Origin: Myxococcales bacterium
Lineage (GTDB): Bacteria > Myxococcota_A > Polyangia > Polyangiales > Ga0077539
Assembly: GCA_013298625.1 (NCBI GenBank)
Contig: JAAFIF010000016.1
Span: 11,320-75,319, forward strand
Direction of reading: 5' to 3'
DNA: 64,000 nucleotides
Positions 54,553 to 64,000 of the stretch are shown here, one piece after another; the stretch's first letter is position 1; every line of letters starts with the position of its first letter. A program made the translations under genes and the position numbers. The notes under the pieces were generated by a model. That model ran no database searches. It saw nothing but the letters and a program-made list of their open reading frames with translations, and was not told the DNA's origin.

Positions 54553-57369
54553 ATGCGCGCGCGGTCGAGCCAATCTTCGCTCACGCTCGTCGCGCTCGCG
54601 CTCGCCGGGTGCGCGGGATCGCCGGTGACCGCCGTGCGCGCTTCGCAGAGAACCCTCGCTCCCACGGCCTCGTCGCGCGGCGACGACAGCGCTCCCTCGT
54701 CGCAGCAGCTCGTCGTTCGACACGTCCCGCGCGTGGCGTCGATCGAAGCCGACCTCACGGTGATCGCGGCGTCCGCGAGCGAGACCCTCGTGGCGCTCGG
54801 CGCGGTCCGAGCTGTCTTGCGCGGGCACGAGGTCTTCTTCGCCGACGAGCGACCCGCAGCTCGGATCATCGGCGCCGCCCGCAACGCGCGCGGCTGGACC
54901 TTCGCCACGATCGACGGCCAGCTGTGGGCCGCGGATGAGTTTCTCGGCGAGCTGCGATTCATGAGTCAAATCGCGGGAGAAATCCAAGTCAATCCCAGCG
55001 CAGGGATGCTGGTTGCGATCGATGAATCGCTCTCGGTCACCCTGTGCGACGGGGTCGCCACCTCGCGCTGGCCCGCCGAAGCGACGCGGTCCGCGGCCTT
55101 CGTCGACGAGCGCTTCGGCGCAGCGGTGCTCGCAGACGGCCGCGTGAAAGTGACGTTCGACGGCGGTCGCACCGAGCGCGAGCTCTCCCTCGAAGCGGGC
55201 GCCGCGCGGGCCGTCGAGCTCGTCAGCGGCTCACTCGTGCTCCAGACGTCCGACGGCCTCCGCGCGATCGCCCCCGACGCGACGCTCGCGCCTGCCCAGC
55301 GCGTCGCCGCGCCGCTCGCGCTGTCGTTCGAGCAGCAGTGGGACCTCGCGCGGGCGTTCGCGCTCCGCTGGCCCCGCGCGCTCACCCACGACAGCGCCGA
55401 CCCGTTGTCCGCGCACAACTGGCTCGCCCTCGGTCGCTCACTGCTGCGCTTCGACGCGCGCACAGGCGAGCTCACCGCGACGCTGCGGGACGCGCTGCCG
55501 TCGCCGCGCTGCTCGGCGAGGCCCTGGGGCGAGGGCGCGCTCGTCGCGTGCGCTGGGGGAGACTTCGAAGCGGTGTTTCTCGGCGAGGACGGGCTCCTCG
55601 CGAGCCCCTTCGCCAACCGATCGTCGGCGAGCTTCGTGCTCTCGGACGACGGTGGCCACGCCGTCTCGATGGACTCATGCGAGTCGCTCTTCGGCTTGGA
55701 CCCGAGCCCAGACGCGAGCCTCTGCGCCCTCAGCGCAGGCGGGCGATTCGTTGACCTGTGGCGACAGCGATCGTTCGGCTACGTCTCGGCCGTTCGTGGC
55801 GCCACCGCGGTGGTCGTCGATCAGCGCGACGGTCGAGGCCGACTCATCATGGTCGAGCTGGATCAACGCCGCTCGACGCCGCTCGGCTTCGCGCCGGACG
55901 CGCCGCCGACTCGCGAGCTTCGGGCCTCGGGGATCGCGGCGGACGCGACCGTGTGGGCGACGTACGCATCGGACGCCTCGGACACTCCGGAGCTCTCGCT
56001 CGCGCTGTGGTCGAGGCCCGGTCCTGCTCGCGTGCTCTCGCTTCCCCCCGCGACGCGATCGGTCGCCGTGATCGACGCGCGCCATCTCTTCGCCGCGGGG
56101 ACGACCGCCGCGAGCCTCTCGATCAGCGCCGACGGAGGCGCGCGCTGGGAGCCAGCGACGCTCGCCATGCGCGGAGACCCGGATCGCATCGTCGCGGTCG
56201 AGCCGCAGGTGCTCTTCAGTCGCGCGAAGTGCGGCGTCGATGGATGCTTGCACGGGTCGATGTGGTTCGGTCGCAGCCGAGACGCAGCGCGCGACGTCGT
56301 CGTGGCGGCGCCGTTCGTCGCGGGCAGCTCGCCGCGCCAGGTCCCTCGCGCGTATCCGCTCTGGATCGTGCAGGGAGCGCGCGTCGACTGCGCCGAGCGC
56401 GGACCGAGCGTCGCGCTCTCGAGCGAGCGCCAGGCCGCGTCGTGGGGGCGCTACGACCTCGCCGTCCGCATCAGCTCGCGTCGCGCCGTCTCGCTCGATC
56501 TCTCGTGGCGGACCGACGTCGAGCGATCCGCGGTGATCCATCGCGCGAGCGCCGTCGTCGAGGCGAGCCAGAGCGCGGCGTTCGTCCAGAGCGCGCTCGA
56601 CCGCAGCTGGCGCGTCCCGCTCGCGACCGAGCGATACGCGCTCGTCGAGCGCTGCGGCAACGGCGTCGAGCGCCGCGTGTGCGATCGGTTCGTCGCGAGC
56701 TCGACGGGGCTGCGTCCCCTCGACGCGCTCGACGCGTATGGAGAGACCATCCTGTACCTCTCGCGCCAAGACGGAACGCACGCCGTGCTGCTCGCGCCGT
56801 CCGCGACGCCCTATCGTGTGCTTGCGTTGCTCGATCGCGACGGTCGTGTCGCGGCGACGCACGCGATTTCGCACACGAGCTACCGGTGGGACGCGCCCAC
56901 GATCGCCGCGCTGGGCTCGTCGCTCGGGGTGCTCGTGCACAGCTCCCGTGGCGCGCGGACCGAGCGCTCGTTCGTCGCCCTGTTCGACGGAGACCGGCCA
57001 ATCTCGCCGAGGGTCGAGCCGCTTCCCTCGACCACGGGCGGGGCGCTGGCGCTGTGCCGGGCGCGTCCGCGGCCGGGCGCGCTCGTGGTGGCCAGCGGTG
57101 ACCCAGACACGCTTCATCAGCTCGTCAACGGGCTCGAGCTCGCCGACGCGGGCGCGACGTTCATGGTGGTCGAGCTCTCGACCGATCAGCCGATCTGCGT
57201 GCGATCGAGCAGCACCGAGCCTGGTCCCTTCGCTGCGACGCGGTCGGACACAAGCGATCCCCGCGGCAACGTCACGGCGCTGAGCGTGCGCGCCGACGAC
57301 GGACGAGCGTTGTACGGGAGCATGGTGATCCAAGGCCGCCTTCGACCGCTGCGGTGTGTGCTGCGCTGA
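54553..57369 (+). CDS. large secreted lipoprotein, hypothetical (938 aa)
   Basis: ATG at 54553. 'LTLVALALAGC' lipobox. No catalytic motif seen. A possible beta-propeller-like repeat composition is a guess only. Confidence 0.65.
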   Translation: MRARSSQSSLTLVALALAGCAGSPVTAVRASQRTLAPTASSRGDDSAPSSQQLVVRHVPRVASIEADLTVIAASASETLVALGAVRAVLRGHEVFFADERPAARIIGAARNARGWTFATIDGQLWAADEFLGELRFMSQIAGEIQVNPSAGMLVAIDESLSVTLCDGVATSRWPAEATRSAAFVDERFGAAVLADGRVKVTFDGGRTERELSLEAGAARAVELVSGSLVLQTSDGLRAIAPDATLAPAQRVAAPLALSFEQQWDLARAFALRWPRALTHDSADPLSAHNWLALGRSLLRFDARTGELTATLRDALPSPRCSARPWGEGALVACAGGDFEAVFLGEDGLLASPFANRSSASFVLSDDGGHAVSMDSCESLFGLDPSPDASLCALSAGGRFVDLWRQRSFGYVSAVRGATAVVVDQRDGRGRLIMVELDQRRSTPLGFAPDAPPTRELRASGIAADATVWATYASDASDTPELSLALWSRPGPARVLSLPPATRSVAVIDARHLFAAGTTAASLSISADGGARWEPATLAMRGDPDRIVAVEPQVLFSRAKCGVDGCLHGSMWFGRSRDAARDVVVAAPFVAGSSPRQVPRAYPLWIVQGARVDCAERGPSVALSSERQAASWGRYDLAVRISSRRAVSLDLSWRTDVERSAVIHRASAVVEASQSAAFVQSALDRSWRVPLATERYALVERCGNGVERRVCDRFVASSTGLRPLDALDAYGETILYLSRQDGTHAVLLAPSATPYRVLALLDRDGRVAATHAISHTSYRWDAPTIAALGSSLGVLVHSSRGARTERSFVALFDGDRPISPRVEPLPSTTGGALALCRARPRPGALVVASGDPDTLHQLVNGLELADAGATFMVVELSTDQPICVRSSSTEPGPFAATRSDTSDPRGNVTALSVRADDGRALYGSMVIQGRLRPLRCVLR

Positions 57370-57419
57370 GCGCGTGGGCTGCGCTGCGCTGGGGGATCTT
57401 GCTACGCTCGCTCGCGACG

Positions 57420-58496
57420 ATGACACTCAGCGACTCTCAGCGCGCGTCGATCGCAGAGCGCGCCAGGGCACGAAGCGCGTCCGTGCTCGATGCGATCCGA
57501 AGCGAAGAGCGCGCGCTCGACGGCAAGCACCTCGTGCAGCGCACGCACCTGACGTGCCCCGCCACCGTGTGGAAGTACGTCGAAGCCGCGGTCACCAAGA
57601 GCGACGCGGACCTCGTGATGCTCGACCTCGAAGACTCGATCCCGCGCGGCGACGACGAGGCCCTCGCGCGCGGGCGAGCGCACGTGGCGCGGGCGTTCAC
57701 CGAGCTCGATTGGGGCCGAAAGCTCCGGTATTTTCGTCCGCGTGGGACCGAGCTCGACCCGGGGCACGAGGACCTCGCGTGGGTGATCGAGCGCGCTGCC
57801 GGGCGCGTCGAAGGCGTAATCCTGCCGAAGATCGAGCACCCCGACGAGGTGCGCTCGGTCGATCAGACCCTGAGCGAGCTCGAGCGCGCCCTCGCGTTGC
57901 CCGCGGGGGCGATCCGCGTGCAGGTGCTCATCGAGAGCGCCCGCGCTGAAGAAGCTGCGTTCGAGATCGCGCGCGCGAGCGGGCGGGTCGTCGGGCTGAT
58001 CTTCGGCGCGTTCGACTACTGGAGCTCGCTGCGCGTCCCGCGGGTGCCGTACAGAGTCGATCACCCGATGGTGCATTCGGCGCGCGAGCGGATCGTGAAG
58101 GCCGCGGCGTGCGTGGGGGCGGCGGCGCTGGCGGAGATGACGCTGGAGTTTCCGACGAAGGACAAGAGCGAGGCCGAGCGGGCGCTCGCGATCGAGCACT
58201 GCCGCCGCGACGCGCTCATCGCGCGCGACGCGGGAATGTGCGGAAAGTGGGTGGGCATCCCCGCGCAGATCGCCGCGGTTCATCCTGTGTTTTCGCTGTC
58301 AGAATCGTCCATCGAGCAGGCGATCCGCGAGGCGCGCGCGTTCATCGAGGCCGAGCGCGCGGGCCGCGGCGCGGTGATCATCGACGGCCGGATGGCCGAT
58401 CGCGCGACGGACCGCGTGCACCGCGTGACGCTCGCCTTCGCGCGGGCGCAGGGCATGCTCGACGATCAGACCGCGCGGGAGCTGGGCCTTCCGTGA
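57420..58496 (+). CDS. HpcH/HpaI aldolase / citrate-lyase beta subunit (CitE)-like protein
   Basis: Trimmed to the ATG at 57420. 'DLVMLDLEDSIP' (the CitE-family DLED motif) and 'VQVLIESARA'. Confidence 0.75.
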   Translation: MTLSDSQRASIAERARARSASVLDAIRSEERALDGKHLVQRTHLTCPATVWKYVEAAVTKSDADLVMLDLEDSIPRGDDEALARGRAHVARAFTELDWGRKLRYFRPRGTELDPGHEDLAWVIERAAGRVEGVILPKIEHPDEVRSVDQTLSELERALALPAGAIRVQVLIESARAEEAAFEIARASGRVVGLIFGAFDYWSSLRVPRVPYRVDHPMVHSARERIVKAAACVGAAALAEMTLEFPTKDKSEAERALAIEHCRRDALIARDAGMCGKWVGIPAQIAAVHPVFSLSESSIEQAIREARAFIEAERAGRGAVIIDGRMADRATDRVHRVTLAFARAQGMLDDQTARELGLP

Positions 58497-59140
58497 GCGA
58501 GCTCGGCAAGCCCCTCTACATCGCCGTCGCCGGCACCATCGGCGCGGGAAAGAGCTCGCTCGTGAAGTGGCTCTGCCAGCACTACCAACTCGAGCCCTTC
58601 TACGAGCCGCACGAGGCCAACCCGTACCTCGAAGACTTCTACGGCGACATGAAGCGCTGGGCGTTTCAGTCGCAGCTCTTCTTCTTGGTGACGCGCTTCA
58701 AGCACCACCGAGAGATGGAGCAGCGGGCGCACGCCGTCGTGCAAGACCGCACGATCTACGAAGACGCAGAGATCTTCGCGCGATATCACCGCGAGGTCGG
58801 CAACATCGACGACCGCGACTGGTCCACGTACGAGTCGCTCTACCACGCGCTGCGCGACGAGCTGCGCGCGCCGGACCTGATGCTCTACCTGCGCTGCCCG
58901 CTCGAGACGCTGCGCAAGCGGATCAAGAGCCGGGGGAGGGCGTACGAGCAGGCGATTCCGACCGTGTATTTGCGGGCGCTCGAGGGGTTGTACGACCAGT
59001 GGTTCGAGGCCTACGACCGCTCGCCCAAGCTCGTGATCGAGACCGATCGGCTCGACTATGTGACCCGGTTGTTCGACCGCGCAGAGCTCGTGCGCACGCT
59101 CGATCGACACCTGGGCGCGGCGCGGCCGCTGCTGCGCTGA
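58493..59140 (+). CDS. deoxynucleoside kinase
   Basis: GTG at 58493 overlaps the CitE-like stop (GTGA). P-loop 'VAGTIGAGKSSL', 'FQSQLFFL', 'VVQDRTIYED', 'RIKSRGRAYE' (LID). Confidence 0.82.
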   Translation: MSELGKPLYIAVAGTIGAGKSSLVKWLCQHYQLEPFYEPHEANPYLEDFYGDMKRWAFQSQLFFLVTRFKHHREMEQRAHAVVQDRTIYEDAEIFARYHREVGNIDDRDWSTYESLYHALRDELRAPDLMLYLRCPLETLRKRIKSRGRAYEQAIPTVYLRALEGLYDQWFEAYDRSPKLVIETDRLDYVTRLFDRAELVRTLDRHLGAARPLLR

Positions 59141-59158
59141 CCGCGGGTCATCGCAGAA

Positions 59159-60346
59159 TCAGCAAGGAATGCACACCACGGCGCCGTCGAGGAAGATCCT
59201 GTCGTACGTCGTGTTGTTGCAGGTCGGGCGGCACACCCAGCGCTCGCTTCCGAAGTCGAACGTCGGGACCTGGCCCGTGGGGCACATGATCGTGGGGCGC
59301 CCGGTGCACACCCGACGAAACCCGAACATGTACCCGTAGCGAATGACGATCTCGCACGGCGCTTCGCAGACCCACCCCGAGCCGCGATACGCCGGATGCT
59401 GCCCCGCAGGGCACATCGGCGGCGGCGGAACACAAATCGGCGGCTGCCCTGCGCGCACGACGGACACCTGCCCTTGCGAGCACCGTCCCGGCACGCACGT
59501 CTGCGTGAAGTTCGGCTGCCCATCGCCCGCGCTGATCGAAGAGGGCCCCGAAACCGCCGTCAACACTCGCTCTGTGTACGTCGGCGTCTGCCCCGACGGA
59601 CACAACGACGCCATGCACGACGGGTCGCCCGCGCAGTCCGGGTCTGCGCAGTCGATCGCCATGTCGCAGTCCTCGTCCACGCCGCCAAAACAAGTGTCCT
59701 CGCGCGCCGCCGTGCAGCGCATCATCGTGCACCGACTCGCCGTCGCGCACCCGGGATCCATACAGTCCACGCGCCCGTCGCAGTCGTCATCGCGCCCGTT
59801 CGCACACGTGGTCCCGCTCTCGTCGTTGACCGTCGCGAGGCACCGCGCGCCGGGCTCGTCGGTCATCCCGTTGCAGTCGTCATCGACCCCGTTGCTCGCG
59901 ATCTCGGGCTCTGGAAGCACTTGCCCGTCGCACGCGCCCCAAATGGCCCGCGCGCCAGCGCTCTCGCAGCGCTGATTGCCGGGCCTGCACGCGCCTCGGT
60001 TGAGCGTCCCTTCGGGCCCGAGATAACAAGCCCGCTCCGTGCCCACCGCGCACGTACAGCCTTCGTCCACCTCGCCGTCGTCGTCGTCGTCCAGGTTGTT
60101 GCCGCACTCTTCAGGGCGCGACGGCCCGATCGAGACCACTCCGCCGTCCACCGCGGTCGCGCCGTCGGGCGCGCTCGTGCCGCCGTCGCTCATGGGCTCG
60201 ACGCTGGCGTCCGCGCTCGACCCGTCCGCGCCCGCCGCGCCGTCGCGCCGCGTGGCAGCATCTCTGCCCTCGGTGACGACACCCGCGTCGCACGCTGCGA
60301 GGCCCGCGGCGATCAGCGCCCATCCAACGATCCATCGTCGCTTCAT
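59159..60346 (-). CDS. Cys-rich lipoprotein with MopE-like putative metal-binding motifs
   Basis: ATG at 60346 (MKRRWIVGWALIAAGLAAC, lipobox). Repeats 'CGNNLDDDDDGEVDEGC', 'NGVDDDCNGMTDE', 'CANGRDDDCDGRVDC', 'CFGGVDEDCDMAIDC'. Confidence 0.78.
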   Translation of the reverse strand: MKRRWIVGWALIAAGLAACDAGVVTEGRDAATRRDGAAGADGSSADASVEPMSDGGTSAPDGATAVDGGVVSIGPSRPEECGNNLDDDDDGEVDEGCTCAVGTERACYLGPEGTLNRGACRPGNQRCESAGARAIWGACDGQVLPEPEIASNGVDDDCNGMTDEPGARCLATVNDESGTTCANGRDDDCDGRVDCMDPGCATASRCTMMRCTAAREDTCFGGVDEDCDMAIDCADPDCAGDPSCMASLCPSGQTPTYTERVLTAVSGPSSISAGDGQPNFTQTCVPGRCSQGQVSVVRAGQPPICVPPPPMCPAGQHPAYRGSGWVCEAPCEIVIRYGYMFGFRRVCTGRPTIMCPTGQVPTFDFGSERWVCRPTCNNTTYDRIFLDGAVVCIPC

Positions 60347-60482
60347 CGTCGCTCTCCTCGCCGCGTGTCCGCGGTGCTCCGCTCGATCGTCGGCGCCTGG
60401 CTCGACTGCTTCGGCCGTCGCACGATCTGCCGGTGAAGTTACCGCTCATCCCGCCGCGGTGATAGCCCGCCAGGCAGCGGTC

Positions 60483-62030
60483 TCAGTTCGCGACGAGCTC
60501 GACGCGGTGCACGCCTGCGCCGTTGCAGCGCACTTCTACGCGGCCCGTCTGCGCGTCGCGCGGGCTCTGCACCAGCGCGCCGTCGCAGCGCACCGAGAAC
60601 GATCCCGCGAAGTCCTCCGCCGCGGGGACGAACAGCACCGTGGGCGCGCTCACCGTCGCGCTGCCTTCGTACTCGAGCTCGAAGCGCCGCGCCGCGCGGT
60701 CGAAGCGCCACGACCGCGGCCAGCCCGCGATGGCCTCGGGGTACACGCGCGCGATGGCCCGGCGAAACGCAGGCCGTTCGCTCCAGCGCCCCGACGACGC
60801 GTCGTAGTCGAACAGGCCCCACGCGCCTTGCGAGCGCTCCTTCCACAGCCAGATGGCGGCGCTCGCGCCGAACTCGTCGTGCAGGTCCGACTGCAGATCG
60901 ACGTAGTCTTCCATGCGGATGCCGTTGGGGTCGTAGCCCCACTCGGTGATGATCGTCGGCGTCGCCCACGCGCGCGCCTCTCGCGCCGCGTTGGCGTGCG
61001 AGAGCCGCAGCGTCTGCCGAGTGAACGTCCTGCGAGCGGTCTCTGTCGCCGAGAGGGCGAGCGTGTAGATGTGCGGCGCGTACACCCCGCCTGCGAGCGG
61101 AAACGGCGCGCTCGAGACCGCAGCGAAATCAACGATGTTGCGCGTCGCTGGCGGCTCGAAGAGCAAGAGCTTGCGGGGGTCTGCCGCGCGGATCGCCGCG
61201 CCCACCTCCGCGTGCAGCGCGAGGCACTGGGCTTCGTCGGCGATGGGCTCGTTGAACAGCTCGTAGCCGATGACGGCGTCGTCGTCGCGAAAGCGCCGCG
61301 CGACCTCAGCCGTCATCTGCGCAAACCGCGTGCGCAGCACGACGCCTTCGGCCTCGCGGCCGAAGAACGTCTCGAACGCGCGCAGCACTTGGGCAGAGGT
61401 CCGCCTGCGGGTGAGCTCGTCCGCGGTGATCGGGCCCTGCAAGAGCATTTCGGGCGCGGGTTTGATGGCCCACAGCGGGGCGCCGTCCTCGCCGATCTCT
61501 TTGCTGAACGCGTCCTGGTGAAAATCGATCACCACGAGGAGCCCCGCGCGTCGCGCGAGGTCGACCACGGCGCGCACGCGCGAGAGGTACTCGTCGCTGA
61601 ACGTGGGCGGCATGGTGTTGCGGGGCTCGACGCCGCTCCAGTTGATGGGCAGCCGCAAGAAGTTGAACCCGAGCTGTCGCATGCGCGCGGCGTCGGTCGC
61701 GTCGAAGGTCGGGATGGGCTGGACCGGCATGCGACCGTCGTCGAACGTGACGTCGAAGACGCCGTCGATCCGCGCGTTGACGCCGCGGAGGATCACCACG
61801 CGTCCTTGGGCGTCGACGAGGTGTTGGCAGCGCGTCGAGAGCGGCGCGAAGGGCCCAGCGCTTTGCGCGCACGCGGGCATGACATAGCGCGGAGCTCCGC
61901 CGTCGAGCGCAGCGTCTTGTTCGACCGCGACGTCTGCGCGCGCGTCGGTGGGCGGGACGTTGGGCGGCGCGCCGCAGCGCAGCAGCGCGAAGAGTCCCCC
62001 CGTGAGTGCGAAGCGAATTGGGCTCTTCAT
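60483..62030 (-). CDS. glycoside hydrolase family 5 (cellulase / endoglycoceramidase-like)
   Basis: Trimmed to the ATG at 62030 (MKSPIRFALTGGLFALLRC). 'FNFLRLPINW', 'VVIDFHQD', and catalytic acid/base 'YELFNEP'. Confidence 0.82.
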   Translation of the reverse strand: MKSPIRFALTGGLFALLRCGAPPNVPPTDARADVAVEQDAALDGGAPRYVMPACAQSAGPFAPLSTRCQHLVDAQGRVVILRGVNARIDGVFDVTFDDGRMPVQPIPTFDATDAARMRQLGFNFLRLPINWSGVEPRNTMPPTFSDEYLSRVRAVVDLARRAGLLVVIDFHQDAFSKEIGEDGAPLWAIKPAPEMLLQGPITADELTRRRTSAQVLRAFETFFGREAEGVVLRTRFAQMTAEVARRFRDDDAVIGYELFNEPIADEAQCLALHAEVGAAIRAADPRKLLLFEPPATRNIVDFAAVSSAPFPLAGGVYAPHIYTLALSATETARRTFTRQTLRLSHANAAREARAWATPTIITEWGYDPNGIRMEDYVDLQSDLHDEFGASAAIWLWKERSQGAWGLFDYDASSGRWSERPAFRRAIARVYPEAIAGWPRSWRFDRAARRFELEYEGSATVSAPTVLFVPAAEDFAGSFSVRCDGALVQSPRDAQTGRVEVRCNGAGVHRVELVAN

Positions 62031-62104
62031 GACCAGCAAAAGGAGCGACGAGCGTAGCACCTGCGCGCTGTTTGGGCCGTCGCAGTGATTGCGCGAGCGT
62101 CCGA

Positions 62105-62740
62105 TCACTCTTCTTGCGGCGGAAAATCCGGCCCTTCGAGCTCGTCTTCGCCGAGCGGCTCCGACGGGGGAACCTCCAAAATCACCCGCAGCCGCTTGCT
62201 CACACGAATGGCCTCTGCGCGGTTCGGGACGCGCAGGCGAAAGTTGCTCTCGCCCTCGCGCCGCACGACCACCCAGTGCGTGTAGCCCTCGCGGCTGTCT
62301 CCAGTGGCCTCTGCGTCGACGAAGCGCGTCGTGCGGCTCTCGACCAGCATCGTGGGCTTCGCTTCGAAGTGCAGCTCGACCGCGCGCCGTCGCTCGAGCG
62401 CCGGGATCACTTCGATCGGGGTGAGCTCGTCTTTCTCGGTGCGTCCGCGGGCGCCCGAGAGCGCGAGCAGCACGCCGAGCACCGCGCCGAGCACCGGGCG
62501 CTCGAAGGCGATCGAGAAGATGAACCACCCGAGCGCGGCGCTGAGGATCACTCCGACGACGACGTTCTTCACGACGTCGGCGCGGCGGATCTTGGCCCGA
62601 AAGATCACCTCGACTTCGCTCTTGCTCGGGGTGATGGCGGACGCTTCGGGGACAGAGGGCGTCGGCTCGGGCTTCTCGGCGACGGCGACGCTGTCATCGT
62701 CGTCGTCTGCGGGCGTTGGATCAGGCGGCGGTTTGGCCAT
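62105..62740 (-). CDS. hypothetical membrane protein
   Basis: 211 aa with ATG at 62740. Acidic/Pro-rich N-terminus and two hydrophobic helices ('VVVGVILSAALGWFIFSIAF', 'VLGAVLGVLLAL'). Confidence 0.6.
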   Translation of the reverse strand: MAKPPPDPTPADDDDDSVAVAEKPEPTPSVPEASAITPSKSEVEVIFRAKIRRADVVKNVVVGVILSAALGWFIFSIAFERPVLGAVLGVLLALSGARGRTEKDELTPIEVIPALERRRAVELHFEAKPTMLVESRTTRFVDAEATGDSREGYTHWVVVRREGESNFRLRVPNRAEAIRVSKRLRVILEVPPSEPLGEDELEGPDFPPQEE

Positions 62741-62882
62741 CAGCGGGCCTACCGTACCGCAACACTACCGCGCCCGCGACGAGCGTCGAAGACGCGCGGA
62801 GCGGATCAGCGCGGTTTCAATGAACTCGAACCACTGCCGCGCACAGGGAAAGCTACGAGCCCCGGCGCGGTCGTGGTTCAAC

Positions 62883-64000
62883 TCAGTTCTTGGCGCTCTC
62901 GCGGTCGAGGCCGATGCGCGCGACCCAGAGGCAGACGAGGGCGTTGACCGTGAGCCACACGAAGCCCGCGAGCGAGCCGAGCGGGGCGCGGTGAAACCCA
63001 GTGGCGAGCGTTCCGAGCAAGAACGCCGCGGTGCCGAGCGCGAAGCCTCCCACCGGCGCGCGCAGCGCCGGGCGGCTGAAGAACACGCCGACGAAGAGCA
63101 TCGGCAGCGCGGCGTTGGCGAAGGGGAGCCACTTGTGCACGCCGACGCCGAGCAGCTGGCTCCAGTCGCCGAGCGGGCGCGACAACAAGTCGATCGCCGG
63201 CGTCGTGTGCGACAACAGCTTCGGCAAGAACCACGGTCCGACCGCGGTCAGAAACGCGAGCGGCAGCCACGCGAGGGGGTTCGCGAGCTTGCCGTTGCGC
63301 ACGCGAATGCGCGCGAAGGTCAGCGTCGCGAGCAGCGCGAGAGCGATCGCGCGAAAGGTCGCGCTCTTGTCGACGGCCTGGCGAACCGCTGCTTGGGCGT
63401 CGAGCACGCCGGCTCCGTACAGCTCGCGATCCGTGCTGCCGTTCTCGGGGCGCGCCGCGCTCGACTGCAGCGCGCGCTCGATCGCGTCGGGGTCGGTCAC
63501 GCCGACGCTCACGAGCAGCGCGGCGACGCCGGCCACGTGGGGGGCCGCCATGCTGGTGCCCGACCACGACGCGAACTGCTCGCACCGGTCGCGGCCGCGG
63601 TTGCAGATGGTCTGCTGAAGGATGTTCACGCCAGGCGCGGCGATGTCGACCTCGGGGCCGCGCGAGGAGAAGTACGCGAGGTCGTCGGTCGCTGGGCTGA
63701 TCGCGCTGACCGCGAAGGCGCCGGGCTCGGCGGCGGGGCTCTCGACGTAGCGACCGTTGTTTCCTGCGGCGCACACGACGATGGCGCCGCGCGCGCGGGC
63801 GTAGGCCACGGCCTCTTCGAGCACCTTTACGCGCCGTCCGCCGCCGAGCGAGAGGTTGATCACCTGCGCGCCTGCGTCGGCGGCGAAGCGGATCCCCTCG
63901 GCGACGTCCGCGAGCGTCCCGCGCCCGCGCTCGTCGAGCACCTTCACAGGAACGATCGTCGCGCAGTGCGCGATGCCCGCGACGCCGAAATTGTTGTTCG
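62883..64000 (-). CDS. S8 (subtilisin-like) serine peptidase fused to a polytopic C-terminal membrane region; the 5' end lies beyond the right edge
   Basis: The frame stays open to the window edge (...NNNFGVAGIAHCATIVPVKVLDERG...). 'AAGNNG' and catalytic Ser 'SGTSMAAPHVAG'. The last 160 aa or so form several hydrophobic helices. Confidence 0.85.
   Translation of the reverse strand, partial: NNNFGVAGIAHCATIVPVKVLDERGRGTLADVAEGIRFAADAGAQVINLSLGGGRRVKVLEEAVAYARARGAIVVCAAGNNGRYVESPAAEPGAFAVSAISPATDDLAYFSSRGPEVDIAAPGVNILQQTICNRGRDRCEQFASWSGTSMAAPHVAGVAALLVSVGVTDPDAIERALQSSAARPENGSTDRELYGAGVLDAQAAVRQAVDKSATFRAIALALLATLTFARIRVRNGKLANPLAWLPLAFLTAVGPWFLPKLLSHTTPAIDLLSRPLGDWSQLLGVGVHKWLPFANAALPMLFVGVFFSRPALRAPVGGFALGTAAFLLGTLATGFHRAPLGSLAGFVWLTVNALVCLWVARIGLDRESAKN

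Overview
This is a high-G+C chromosomal segment: sampled coding lines count about 68% G+C. It has hallmarks of a myxobacterial genome, namely three Hanks-type Ser/Thr kinases (one a kinase-AAA-TPR giant), several Cys-rich secreted lipoproteins with MopE-like motifs, and an FG-GAP/CRTAC1 protein. The taxon is an inference only. I can support about 45 protein-coding genes. I saw no rRNA, tRNA or CRISPR array.

Layout:
- 1-12.4 kb is an accessory, defence-like block. It holds a HerA/FtsK-type ATPase, then a two-gene cassette (a 714-aa protein without a P-loop plus a 248-aa protein) directly downstream of hsdS. The type I R-M system (hsdS-hsdM ... hsdR) is split by a three-gene opposite-strand cassette that includes a UPF0332/HEPN-like protein.
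- 12.5-14.7 kb is a Cys-rich lipoprotein operon.
- 14.9-22.2 kb is a two-gene operon: an Hsp90/GHKL-type ATPase followed by a 1896-aa paralogue whose ATP-binding motifs are degenerate. I consider this the best candidate for an undescribed system.
- 22.2-41.9 kb is mostly ordinary genes: S9 peptidase, GtrA, FAD oxidoreductase, a stand-alone N6-adenine MTase, purEK, MATE and MFS transporters, and a kinase-GAF-kinase operon.
- 41.9-43.6 kb is a 48% G+C non-coding stretch followed by an IS200-like HUH/Y1 transposase (RAYT-like) gene. That gene is bracketed by perfect 201-bp structured direct repeats, and a fourth copy of the repeat lies at 33.7 kb.
- 43.7-64 kb is housekeeping and secreted-protein genes: pckG, esterase, CRTAC1-like, M15 peptidase, CitE-like, deoxynucleoside kinase, GH5 and an S8 protease.

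Many very long ORFs in the track are antisense or off-frame artefacts of the G+C content. I trimmed or rejected those.

All functional calls rest on motifs read from the translations. No database search was possible.
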